DNA of 64,000 bases, from positions 80,042 to 144,041 of the forward strand of contig JAHFFE010000003.1 of the NCBI GenBank assembly GCA_023248155.1, written 5' to 3'. Below the pieces are notes generated by a model that worked only from the letters and a program-made list of their open reading frames with translations, was not told the origin of the DNA and searched no databases. The stretch comes from Candidatus Omnitrophota bacterium (GTDB lineage Bacteria > Omnitrophota > Gorgyraeia > 1-14-0-20-64-10). The translations under genes were made by a program, and so were the position numbers. The first letter of the stretch is position 1. The number at the start of each line of letters is the position of its first letter. Below, in pieces: positions 48,716-58,286 of this stretch.

Positions 48716-49692
48716 GTTCATTTTGGAAAGACAAGAAGGTGCTGGTGACCGGCGGTGCGGGGTTTATCGGAAGCTTCGCCACCGAACAACTGGTTGAGTC
48801 AGGCGCCCAGGTGACTGTGGTTTGCTACTCCGGAAAAGAAACGCCGGCCCGTCTTGCATCGGTAAAAGATTCCATTACGGTTTTGCATAAAGATTTACGG
48901 CGCAAAGAAGATTGCCGCGAGGCCCTCAAGGGAAACTCGATCGTGATCAACATGGCCGCGCGCGTCGCCGGTGTAGAATTTAACTCCAAGCATCCGGCCA
49001 CGATGCTGATGGAAAACGCCGTCATGGACATGAACCTTCTGGAAGCGGCGCGTGAAACAGGCGTGGAACGGTTTGAGGTGGTCAGCTCCGCCTGTGTTTA
49101 CCGCCGCAACTGCCTGATCCCGACACCGGAGAGCGAGGGGTTCATCGATCATCCGGAGCCGAGCAACTTCGGTTACGGATGGGCCAAGCGGATCGCTGAA
49201 GTGCAGGCGATGGCCTATGCCGAAGAGTATGGGATGAAAATCGGCATCGTCCGGCCCTACAATGCCTACGGTCCGCGCGATCATTTCGATCCGGCCATCT
49301 CCCATGTCATTGCCGCGCTGATCCGCCGTGTCTATGAGGGGGAAAATCCACTGAAAGTCTGGGGCAGCGGCGAGCAGACCCGAGCGTTTCTGTATGTTGA
49401 AGATTTCGCGCGCGGTGTTCTGGAAGGGGCCGAAAAATATCCGCAGGCCGATCCCGTCAATCTGGGAACCAGCGAAGAGGTGACTATCAAGGAACTGGTC
49501 CGGATGATCCTGGAGATTTCCGGGAAAAAACCGGAAGTGATTTTCGATACGACCAAGCCGGCCGGACAACCGCGCCGCAATTGCGACACGCGGAAGGCGG
49601 AAGAGAAGCTCGGCTTTAAACCCAAATTCTCTCTGCGCCAGGGACTCGAAAAAACAATCCGCTGGTACGAAAAGAACAAGGGTATCGCGTGA
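48712..49692 (+). CDS. GDP-L-fucose synthase-like NAD(P)-dependent epimerase/reductase (Fcl-like)
   Basis: [12 protein letters not shown], then MAARVAGVEFN…, VSSACVY, GYGWAKR and PYNAYGPRDHFDPAISHVIAALIRR parallel E. coli Fcl (AAKVGG…GSSCIYP…YAIAKI…[25 protein letters not shown]). Confidence 0.6.
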   Translation: MSSFWKDKKVLVTGGAGFIGSFATEQLVESGAQVTVVCYSGKETPARLASVKDSITVLHKDLRRKEDCREALKGNSIVINMAARVAGVEFNSKHPATMLMENAVMDMNLLEAARETGVERFEVVSSACVYRRNCLIPTPESEGFIDHPEPSNFGYGWAKRIAEVQAMAYAEEYGMKIGIVRPYNAYGPRDHFDPAISHVIAALIRRVYEGENPLKVWGSGEQTRAFLYVEDFARGVLEGAEKYPQADPVNLGTSEEVTIKELVRMILEISGKKPEVIFDTTKPAGQPRRNCDTRKAEEKLGFKPKFSLRQGLEKTIRWYEKNKGIA

Positions 49693-52600
49693 CACGATTC
49701 CTGCGCCAGCATGGACTGAATCTCTTATTTATTCTGCTGATCGGAATGATCCCGCTGCTCTGGTTCGGGCGCGGGGAACTGATCACCGGCGGCGATGTCG
49801 TCTATCCGCTGGATCCGGCCGGGTGGGTCTCCTTCCGGACGCATATGTGGAATTACCGGGTCAACGCCGGATTCGCGGCAGCCGTGAACGCCACGACGCT
49901 GATCTTTCACAGAATCCAGGCTTTCTTTGTTGGTCTGGGCTGCTCCGTACCGTGGGCACAGCGGTGGAGTTACGTATTCTGGAATCTGGCGATCTGCAGT
50001 TCCATCTACAGCCTTCTTTGGGTCACGCGGCCGGCTAAATCATCGGGGCGGCTTTATCTGGCAATCGGCATTTTACTTTACGCATTTAATCCATTTCTGT
50101 TTAACAGCTGGGAATCGGGCAAGGCCTCGATCCTTTCGGCTTTTTTCGCATTTCCGGCGATCCTCACTATTTTAATCGGCATTTTTCAGCGGCAGTGGCG
50201 GGTTTTGCCGTCATTGGCCTGCGTGGTGCCGGTGGCCATCGTGGCCGCGAGCATTGGCGCCGATCCTCCGGTTTGTGCGCTGTTACTGCTGCTGGTGGCG
50301 ATTTCGGTTCTTGTACTGGGCTGGCCCGGCAAAAACGAACCGAAACCGCTGCGGACGATATCACGCCTGATCTGGATTGGCATTTGGCTGATCGTTGTTT
50401 TACTGGCAGCCAGCAGTTCGTGGCTGATTCCTTACGGATGGGAATTGGCATTCAAAGCTAGCGCCTCAGCAGGATCCGGACTGGCCGTTTTTCAGATGGC
50501 CGACTGGCTGAAAGGGATCAGCACGCATACGAGCCTTTTTAATGTGTCCCGGCTTCAAGCCACCTGGGATTGGTACTACACCTGGAATAACGAACCGTAC
50601 ATTTCATACGCGGCACGTTATTTCAGCAATCCGTTTCTGATTGGCATCAGCATACTCTGGCCGTTACTGGCTTACGGCGCATTATTCGGCGTGCGCGACC
50701 GGGTCCTCTGGCTGTTCAGCATCCTGGCGCTGATCGGCACCTTCGGCGCGGCCGGCGCTCATCCGCCCAGCGGGGGAGTTTTCCTCTGGCTGGCCGATCA
50801 TTGTCCCGGATTTTTCGTTTTTCGCAGTCCGTACTATAAATTCGGAATTTTGGTTCCGCTCGCGTACGCCGTTCTGGTTCCGCGCGGATGGGAATGGATC
50901 AGCGCGCGTATTCAAAAGCCATCGAAGAAAATCGTGGGAATCGCGCTGCTGCTGTGCAATCTGGTTTACGCCTATCCGTTATTCAGCGGCGAAATCGTCT
51001 ATACGCACGAGAAACTGGCATCGATTCGGCTTAAAGTTCCCGGTTATATTTATCAGGTTAGTGACTGGCTCCAGCACGAAGCCGCTCCCGGGAAAATTTT
51101 ATCGCTGCCGCAGGAAGGCGCCGACATGTATACCTGGCGATACGGCTCGCTGGCGCATCTGTTGACGCTGATCTCCGACCGGGCTGTTTTTCACGGGATC
51201 GCCGACAACGAACCGGGCGGAAAAATACGGAACCTCTGCGTGCAAGCCGTTTATCAGGGGTTGACGCCGTACGCGGCCCATATGCTCGACTGGCTTGGCG
51301 TCCGCTATCTGTTGATCCGAAAAGACAGCTGGTATGATTTCTACGGTGACACCGATTCTCCCGCATGGATCGCCGGGCAGCTTCAGCACCAGCAGGGAAT
51401 AACTCCGGCGCGATCGATCGGTCCTTGGGAATTCTATACGGTAGAATCGCCCGCCCATAAACCGCTGATGATCCATTCGTCGTTGTCGGTCTGGTCCGGT
51501 TCCGCCGACGGGCTGTATGCCGCTTCGTATCCGGTCATCCGGCAATCACTGCAATCTCTTCTTTTACTGAACCGTCCGGAAAACAAAACAATTGTTGAAC
51601 AACTGAACGTTGGTTCTCCGGAATCACTGCGCTGGATTTTCTACTCCAGCAGTCCGGCCGACCTGGGCCTTGAGTTGGTTTCTTCCGGATTGCGCATCCC
51701 GTACGATTCAAAAAAACACCAGTGGGAATTTTCTATTAAAAATCCGGGGTATTACGAAATCTGGATCGTTCGTCCCGATGCGCCGGCCCGGCTCGATTTT
51801 TCAGCGCTGCTTCTGGATGAGCAGCAGCTGCTTCTGCCGGACGCCCATTCCGAATTCGCGAAAATTCCAAGTTTCTGCTGGATCCGCCTGACTCCCAAAT
51901 ATCTCATTCCGGGAAATCATCTGCTCCGGCCGCTGGAACCGACGTTAATGGATGAGATGCCGGGAATCGTGGCAGTGCCCCGGAACGACCTGCTGGAGTC
52001 GGTCCAGTTCTTCGCGAAATCAGTCGAAGCATCGCCGCATCCGTTAACCTATATTCAAAAAACAGAACCCTGCTTCGAGCGGCCGACACGGCCGATGGTT
52101 TCGGCCGTGGTCGCCCAGCCGTTCGGATTCGAACCGGGCGGTAAAACGATACAGGGGCATGGCAACGGATGGCAATGGCTTCATATCAACGCCGGATACC
52201 GCATCCATAATCAATCCAGCGAACCGGTCATTACCCATTTTCAGGCTGAAATCTTCGCGCCGCTGGATCGCACGCTGTATATGAATATGGACGGCCAGCT
52301 GATTAAACATTTCCGGTTAAAGGCAGGGACGGTGTTCCCGCTCATTTTTGACACGCTTTCGATTCCTCCCGGGGAACACAAGCTGACTTTTTATGTTTTG
52401 GAAGGCGGGTTTCTTCCTGACGGTATTTCGCCGGCCAATGCGACCGAAGCGGATTTGCTGACATTGGCGGTGCGCGCGCCCGGTTTCGATTCGGCCGATC
52501 TACAGGCCGATTTTCAAATCGGACGGAGCGGGGAGTACGCCGCTCATTTTTATCCGTTCCCTATTGCTGGAAATGGGCAGCTGGATCGCGGCAACCGGGT

Positions 52601-53117
52601 CGCCGATCTGGATGGGAAATCAATTTCTCTGAATTCAGAGGATGCCGCTTCTTCGGCATGGACCGCCGGACCGGTCCAACTGGAAAAAGGGGTCCATCAA
52701 ATACGGATTCCGCAGCAGGGATCGGAACGCTACTGGATTATTCTTCAGGAACAGCTGCCGGAAAAGCTGCCGGCAATGGATGCATCGGCCTGGCAATCGG
52801 ATGACCCGACTCGTTATCGGGCCGGTCCGCTTCCGGCCGATCCATCGATCCGCTTTCTGGTAACGCAGGATGGCTATGATCCTGCCTGGCGGGTAAAAAT
52901 GATTCCGGAGGAAAGAGCGGGGACCGCGCTCTCCGATCATTTTGAAGCGAACGGCTATTCCAATGCCTGGATTATCGATCCGACAGAGGAACCGGCGCGG
53001 ATTGAAGTCGATTATTTTCCGCAACAGTTATTCCGGATCGGAAGCGCGATTACAACGGCGGTCGCGGCCATTGCCATTTTTATCCTGCTGGCCGCGCTGG
53101 TGAAGAGGCCTCGATGA
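49689..53117 (+). CDS. Large GT-C-fold membrane glycosyltransferase, AftD/YfhO-like (paralog 3 of 3)
   Basis: 1142 aa. It has QATWDWYYTWNNEPYISYAARY and HPPSGGVFLWLADHCPGFFVFRSPYYKF. The C-terminus is GYDPAW…HFEANGYSNAW plus a TM anchor. Confidence 0.55.
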   Translation: MTRFLRQHGLNLLFILLIGMIPLLWFGRGELITGGDVVYPLDPAGWVSFRTHMWNYRVNAGFAAAVNATTLIFHRIQAFFVGLGCSVPWAQRWSYVFWNLAICSSIYSLLWVTRPAKSSGRLYLAIGILLYAFNPFLFNSWESGKASILSAFFAFPAILTILIGIFQRQWRVLPSLACVVPVAIVAASIGADPPVCALLLLLVAISVLVLGWPGKNEPKPLRTISRLIWIGIWLIVVLLAASSSWLIPYGWELAFKASASAGSGLAVFQMADWLKGISTHTSLFNVSRLQATWDWYYTWNNEPYISYAARYFSNPFLIGISILWPLLAYGALFGVRDRVLWLFSILALIGTFGAAGAHPPSGGVFLWLADHCPGFFVFRSPYYKFGILVPLAYAVLVPRGWEWISARIQKPSKKIVGIALLLCNLVYAYPLFSGEIVYTHEKLASIRLKVPGYIYQVSDWLQHEAAPGKILSLPQEGADMYTWRYGSLAHLLTLISDRAVFHGIADNEPGGKIRNLCVQAVYQGLTPYAAHMLDWLGVRYLLIRKDSWYDFYGDTDSPAWIAGQLQHQQGITPARSIGPWEFYTVESPAHKPLMIHSSLSVWSGSADGLYAASYPVIRQSLQSLLLLNRPENKTIVEQLNVGSPESLRWIFYSSSPADLGLELVSSGLRIPYDSKKHQWEFSIKNPGYYEIWIVRPDAPARLDFSALLLDEQQLLLPDAHSEFAKIPSFCWIRLTPKYLIPGNHLLRPLEPTLMDEMPGIVAVPRNDLLESVQFFAKSVEASPHPLTYIQKTEPCFERPTRPMVSAVVAQPFGFEPGGKTIQGHGNGWQWLHINAGYRIHNQSSEPVITHFQAEIFAPLDRTLYMNMDGQLIKHFRLKAGTVFPLIFDTLSIPPGEHKLTFYVLEGGFLPDGISPANATEADLLTLAVRAPGFDSADLQADFQIGRSGEYAAHFYPFPIAGNGQLDRGNRVADLDGKSISLNSEDAASSAWTAGPVQLEKGVHQIRIPQQGSERYWIILQEQLPEKLPAMDASAWQSDDPTRYRAGPLPADPSIRFLVTQDGYDPAWRVKMIPEERAGTALSDHFEANGYSNAWIIDPTEEPARIEVDYFPQQLFRIGSAITTAVAAIAIFILLAALVKRPR

Positions 53118-54355
53118 CTTTAAATCGAATACGTATAACAGTGATTGCGCTCATTGGCTGGCTGCTGCTGCAATGGACTGTTTCGTTCACCTTTAATCCG
53201 CAAGAGTTCAGCCTTGATCTGAGTATGATATCCAACCAGTCTCATCTGAAAGAAAACTGGAAAATTATCCCATCGCTCGCTTTCAAGGGAGTTATGGATG
53301 TTTCTGTTTCGCAGGCCCCCGGCGCGATTGATTTTTCCTTAAAAGAAGCGGACACACAGTATGTCCGGATTAAGGCCCGCCTTTTGGATCCAAAACAGGA
53401 ATTATCCATTTCCGTAAATGGACATCCTTGGAAAAATCTGCGCATCGGCCGAAAACCGGGCGTCCAGAAATGGTCGGGAACCGTTCCACCCGACATGCTC
53501 AACCAGGGCAAGAACCGGATTTTTTTTCAGTCGAGCACGCCGGCGCCGATCTTTATTGAAAAAGTCAGCATCCGGAATTATCGCTCCGATCCGGACATCT
53601 CCCGGTTCTTTATCGGGCTGGATCAGTCATTCCGCGGAAAACGATGGCTCTCCATCCAGTGGAATTCTTTTCCGTGGCTGCTGATATTGGCGCTGTTCCT
53701 TTGCGGCGTGGAACTCATTACAACCTACTTCTGGAACCATATTTACCGCGTACGAAAAGAAGTTTCGACCCAGCAAATTATCTGGACCGGGTTCATAGTA
53801 CCGCTTTTCCTATTTTTTGTTTTTATCTGCATTTCCTCGTTTACGCCCTATCTGGTTCTTCTGACAATGCCGACCTACTGGATGATCTGGGGGGCAGGGA
53901 TAGTCGCCGTTCATCTGATCTGCGCTTTGATAGGAATGATCCGCCGCTGGCTGGAACAGCTGGCTTTTTTCCTGGAGCAATCGTTCCTATCATCATCCAA
54001 GGTTTTTTCAAGCCGCCTCCATCGTTGGGCAGGATCGCTGCTTTTTCTCGGAAAATGGCTGTTTAAACGCCTTAAGCTGCTCGTTCAAAAAATCACACTC
54101 AATCCCCCGGGGGTCTACCGGATCTACGCGGGCAGTATGATTTTTGCCGCGGCCTGTCTGATTTTTCAGGCGCTTTTCTATCTTCTTCTGGTGGCTGATC
54201 CCGGAAAAATCGTGGACGCGCACGGAGCCTATCCGTTCCTGCGAAAAACCGCGGAAATGGTCGCCGACCTGGGAACGCTGCTGCTTCCGATTCTTGTTTT
54301 TACCAGTTTTCTCTCAAGAAATCGCCCTCAGTCCGATAAAAATTCGCTACAATAG
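53114..54355 (+). CDS. Membrane partner protein of GT-C paralog 3 (paralog of 35330-36556)
   Basis: 413 aa with the same architecture as the partner of paralog 2. Its extracytoplasmic domain contains …SISVNGHPWKNLRIG…. Confidence 0.5.
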   Translation: MTLNRIRITVIALIGWLLLQWTVSFTFNPQEFSLDLSMISNQSHLKENWKIIPSLAFKGVMDVSVSQAPGAIDFSLKEADTQYVRIKARLLDPKQELSISVNGHPWKNLRIGRKPGVQKWSGTVPPDMLNQGKNRIFFQSSTPAPIFIEKVSIRNYRSDPDISRFFIGLDQSFRGKRWLSIQWNSFPWLLILALFLCGVELITTYFWNHIYRVRKEVSTQQIIWTGFIVPLFLFFVFICISSFTPYLVLLTMPTYWMIWGAGIVAVHLICALIGMIRRWLEQLAFFLEQSFLSSSKVFSSRLHRWAGSLLFLGKWLFKRLKLLVQKITLNPPGVYRIYAGSMIFAAACLIFQALFYLLLVADPGKIVDAHGAYPFLRKTAEMVADLGTLLLPILVFTSFLSRNRPQSDKNSLQ

Positions 54356-54360
54356 AAGGC

Positions 54361-55308
54361 ATGTCTTTAGACCTTTCGCTGATCATTCCCGTCTATAACG
54401 AGCGGGACAATCTGGAAAAACTGCTGGCCGAGCTTCAGTCTGCCCTTCAACCGACTGGATGGACTCATGAAATCATCCTGGTCGACGATGCCAGCACCGA
54501 TGGAAGCACCGAACTGCTCAAAACACTGCAGAACCGTTATCCGGCACTGCGGCTGCTGCGGCTCATGCGGCACAGCGGCCAAACGCCGGCGCTGGCCGCC
54601 GGTTTCGATGCGGCGCGCGGGGAAGTGATCGTTACGATGGACGCCGATTTACAAAATGATCCGCGCGATATTCCGTTACTGGTGAACACGCTGCAGTCCG
54701 GCTACGATGTTGTCAGCGGCTGGAGAAAAGACCGCAAAGATTCCTGGCTGCGCTGTTTTATCTCGCGAATGGCCAATCGGATTTTGCGCCGCGCAACCGA
54801 GGTTGATCTGCACGATTTCGGGTGCAGTCTAAAAGCCTACCGCCGCTCGGTACTGCAGGGAATCGTTCCGTACGGGGAAATGCACCGGATTCTGCCGGCC
54901 TATCTGGCGGCGCTCGGATCACGAATTTCAGAGAAAGAAGTGCGCCACCGTCCGCGATTAAGCGGAAAATCAAAATACGGATTCGGCCGGACGCTGAAGG
55001 TGCCGTTTGATATCCTGGCCGTTTCGTTCTTGCTTCGCTATTCACGCACACCGATGCGCGCGTTGGGCGGTCTGGGGCTGTTGGGCCTGACCGGCGCCGC
55101 ATTGATAACGCTCTATGTTACGGTGCGCGCGCTGTTCTGGGGAGGCATCTGGGTCAGCCCGCTGCTGTTCGTCTCCACCATCCTTGCGCTGTTTGGGTTG
55201 CAATGCATCGCTTTGGGAATGTTCGCGGAAATGCTGCTCTGGATGCAGGCTACCGATCCGAAAAACCGGACTTATTCAGCAGAAGAGCTAAAACATGCGT
55301 CGAATTGA
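54361..55308 (+). CDS. Polyprenyl-phosphate sugar synthase, ArnC/GtrB-like GT2
   Basis: The N-terminal GT2 has LSLIIPVYNE, VDDASTDGS and DADLQND. It also has the two C-terminal TM helices characteristic of ArnC/GtrB. Confidence 0.75.
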   Translation: MSLDLSLIIPVYNERDNLEKLLAELQSALQPTGWTHEIILVDDASTDGSTELLKTLQNRYPALRLLRLMRHSGQTPALAAGFDAARGEVIVTMDADLQNDPRDIPLLVNTLQSGYDVVSGWRKDRKDSWLRCFISRMANRILRRATEVDLHDFGCSLKAYRRSVLQGIVPYGEMHRILPAYLAALGSRISEKEVRHRPRLSGKSKYGFGRTLKVPFDILAVSFLLRYSRTPMRALGGLGLLGLTGAALITLYVTVRALFWGGIWVSPLLFVSTILALFGLQCIALGMFAEMLLWMQATDPKNRTYSAEELKHASN

Positions 55309-56491
55309 ATTGGGATTTTTGCAGATCAGCGATACGGCAAAAGCCAATGTGGCGGAAGCGCTCAATAACAACCGGCTTTCCACCGGAAAATTCATTCAGG
55401 AATTTGAGCGGCTGTTTGCCGCGGCGCATGGATGCAAGCATGCGATCTTCTGCAACAGCGGAACCAGCGCTCTGCAGATCGCATTAGCCGCGCTCAAAGA
55501 AAAATACAATTGGGCGGATGGCGATGAGGTCCTGGTGCCGGCGCTCACATTCATCGCCAGCAGCAACATCATTCTACAAAACAACCTGAAACCGGTTTTC
55601 GTCGACGCCGATCCGGTCTATTACAACATCGATCCGCTTCAAATTGAACGGCACATCACGCCGCGCACGCGCGCCATAATCCCGGTTCATCTGTTTGGAC
55701 AGTCCTGCGACATGGATCCGATCCGCGCCATCGCCAAGAAACGGAATTTGAAGATCCTCGAGGATTCCTGTGAAACCATGTTCGCCCGTTATAAAAACGA
55801 ATGGGTCGGTTCGATGGGGGACCTGGCCTGTTTTTCAACCTATGTCGCGCACCTGCTGGTGACCGGCGTAGGCGGCCTGGTCACCACCAATTCTGACGAG
55901 CTGGCGCTGATGTCGCGCAGCATCATGGCGCACGGCCGGGATTCCATTTATCTGACAATCGACGACGATGATAATTTGAAAGACAATCAGGCGCTGCGCC
56001 GCATCATCGAGCGCCGCTTCTCGTTCGTCCGCATGGGCTACAGTTTCCGGGGAACCGAGCTGGAAGGGGCGCTCGGTGTCGCCGCGATGCAAAGCAAAGA
56101 CGCCATGATCGCGCGCCGCAGGGAAAACGGCCGGATCCTGACTGAAAAATTAAAGTCGTTGGAAGAGTACTTGCAGCTTCCCAAAATTCTTCCGGGAGCC
56201 GAGCATTCGTTTATGATGTTCCCGGTCGTGCTCAAGCCCGGCCTGGACCGCGGCGCTTTCCTGGATTATCTGGAAACCAACGGCATCGAAACCCGCTACC
56301 TGATGCCGCTGTTAAGCCAGCCTTACTACCGGGAGCGGTTCGGTCCGATCGAAAACGATTATCCGGCCGCCAAGCATTTGAGCGGGCAAGGTTTTTACAT
56401 CGGCTGCCACCAGGGATTAAAAACCGAAGACCTCGATTACATCGCGCATGTCTTTGCCGAATATTTCAGGCATGCCAAACTTCCTGCCTAA
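55295..56491 (+). CDS. DegT-family PLP-dependent aminotransferase, ArnB-like
   Basis: AIFCNSGTSALQIAL, VPALTFIASSN. Lies directly downstream of the arnC-like gene. Confidence 0.75.
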   Translation: MRRIELGFLQISDTAKANVAEALNNNRLSTGKFIQEFERLFAAAHGCKHAIFCNSGTSALQIALAALKEKYNWADGDEVLVPALTFIASSNIILQNNLKPVFVDADPVYYNIDPLQIERHITPRTRAIIPVHLFGQSCDMDPIRAIAKKRNLKILEDSCETMFARYKNEWVGSMGDLACFSTYVAHLLVTGVGGLVTTNSDELALMSRSIMAHGRDSIYLTIDDDDNLKDNQALRRIIERRFSFVRMGYSFRGTELEGALGVAAMQSKDAMIARRRENGRILTEKLKSLEEYLQLPKILPGAEHSFMMFPVVLKPGLDRGAFLDYLETNGIETRYLMPLLSQPYYRERFGPIENDYPAAKHLSGQGFYIGCHQGLKTEDLDYIAHVFAEYFRHAKLPA

Positions 56492-58286
56492 AATCGGGAC
56501 TCGCAAGTTTTTCGCAGGAATTCTTTTATTCATTTTCTTCCTGATTTTTTATGCGTTCTGGCTCTGGCCGCTGCCGATGGAAATGAGCCGCCGCATTTTG
56601 TATCTCACCAACCCCGGTGATGCGTTTAATTCCATATGGTCCACCTGGTGGTGGAAACATGCACATGAATTCGGCCAATCATTCTCCGATTGCCGCGTGG
56701 TTGGTTATCCGCTGGGCGTTCAACTTGGATTAAGCCCGGCGCAGCCGCTGCTGGAACCGTTTCTGCGCGGTTCGGCTTTTTTCCTTTCTGAAATCAGTGC
56801 GTACAATCTCTGGATTCTGCTGAGCGGCGCTCTCTCCGCGCTTTCGATGACCTGGCTGGCCTGGCTGCTGACGCGGGATCTGCCATCATCGGTGATTGCA
56901 GGGCTGGGGTTTCTCTGCGCGCCGTACCGGGCCGCCCATCTGCCGCAGATCGGACTGGCAGCGACTCATTGGATTCCGCTGACGCTGGCGACTTATTGGA
57001 ATGTAACTCAATCCGTCCGGCCGGCACGATGGGGGATTGGTCTGGGCATCGCGCTGGCCTGCACAGCGCTCTCCAATTATTATTACGGTTATGTGGCCGG
57101 AATAGTGCTGCTGCTGGCGCTGGTTTCTGATGGACTGCTGCGGATGCGCGCAGAACCGGCCGCTTATAAAAGAACGGTGCGCGCGGCGGCAACGGGAATA
57201 GTTCTGGCGGTTGTCATCGTCGGCGCGTTCGTGGCAGCCGCTCCTCAGGGTCTTTCACAAATATCAAAAGGACTTGCCGGTTATGCCCAGAAAGATCTTT
57301 TTGTTTTCTCGGCCAAACCGTGGGACTATCTGCTGCCGCCGGCGAACCATCCCTGGCTGGGCCGGTGGACGGGGCCGTTTATCCAATCCCATTTATACGG
57401 AAGTAATCTGACCGAACAAACGCTCTATCTGGGCTGGACATTACTGTTCTGCGCAATAATTCTGTTGTGGCTGCGCGCACGCAATAAACTTCCGGCAGAG
57501 CAGCAGACTGCCGTCGCCTGGTTGTCGCTGATCGCGCTGGGAGGAATTCTCTGGTCATTTCCTCCGTTTATCCCCATCGGGCCATTCGAAGTGATCAACA
57601 ACGAAATCATCTGCCGGTGGAAGTGGCCTTTTCCTTCTTATCTCATGCACCGGATTCTTCCGATGTTCCGCGTCTACAGCCGGTTCGGCATTATTCCGTT
57701 GATCGCGCTCTGCGCGCTGCTGGCCGTCGGGCTGGCTCAGCTTCGAAAAAAACAGGGGATGGTTCGCCGATGGGCTCTGCCCGCACTGGTCGCTCTCGTC
57801 ATGCTGGCGGAATTCAGCCTTCGGTTAACTACGTTTGACGCATCGGCCGTTCCGCCGGTGTACGAATGGCTGAAAAACCGGCCGGAAACCGGAGCCATTG
57901 TGGAATATCCGTGGCGCGAATCAACCCATTATGAAAATTACCGCTACCAGTTTTTTCAGCGGATTCACCGCCGGCCGATGCTCAATGGCGGCTGGCCTGG
58001 TTCTATGTCGGATAAAATCAGAATTCAATGCCGCAACATTGAGGATCCTGCCGTCGTTCCGATTTTGGAAAAATGGGGCGCGCGGTTCATCATCGTTCAC
58101 GCGGATGCGTATCGCTGGGACGAAGACATTCTGCCTTCTTCTTTTTCAGCGTTAGGGAAGTCATTCCCGATCAAGCCCAAACGGCTGCAGGAACAGCTCC
58201 CGCCGCCATCCAAAAACAGCAATCGCGCTCTGCGTTTAATCGCTGAATTTGGCGAGACCTGGGTTTACGAACCGGCTATCGAATGA
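56448..58286 (+). CDS. Polytopic membrane protein with C-terminal extracytoplasmic domain; candidate GT-C glycosyltransferase (ArnT-position)
   Basis: 612 aa. The N-terminal ~400 aa are highly hydrophobic and a soluble domain follows. It comes after arnC-like and arnB-like genes. No motif confirmation. Confidence 0.35.
   Translation: MSLPNISGMPNFLPKIGTRKFFAGILLFIFFLIFYAFWLWPLPMEMSRRILYLTNPGDAFNSIWSTWWWKHAHEFGQSFSDCRVVGYPLGVQLGLSPAQPLLEPFLRGSAFFLSEISAYNLWILLSGALSALSMTWLAWLLTRDLPSSVIAGLGFLCAPYRAAHLPQIGLAATHWIPLTLATYWNVTQSVRPARWGIGLGIALACTALSNYYYGYVAGIVLLLALVSDGLLRMRAEPAAYKRTVRAAATGIVLAVVIVGAFVAAAPQGLSQISKGLAGYAQKDLFVFSAKPWDYLLPPANHPWLGRWTGPFIQSHLYGSNLTEQTLYLGWTLLFCAIILLWLRARNKLPAEQQTAVAWLSLIALGGILWSFPPFIPIGPFEVINNEIICRWKWPFPSYLMHRILPMFRVYSRFGIIPLIALCALLAVGLAQLRKKQGMVRRWALPALVALVMLAEFSLRLTTFDASAVPPVYEWLKNRPETGAIVEYPWRESTHYENYRYQFFQRIHRRPMLNGGWPGSMSDKIRIQCRNIEDPAVVPILEKWGARFIIVHADAYRWDEDILPSSFSALGKSFPIKPKRLQEQLPPPSKNSNRALRLIAEFGETWVYEPAIE

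Noticed and set aside
48895-49695. 266-aa minus-strand ORF, with similar long antisense ORFs at 20107-20691, 58583-59293, 59789-60610 and 4407-4988
   Set aside because: All lie entirely inside plus-strand genes with clear family motifs. Long antisense ORFs are expected in ~60% GC DNA, and none has recognisable motifs.
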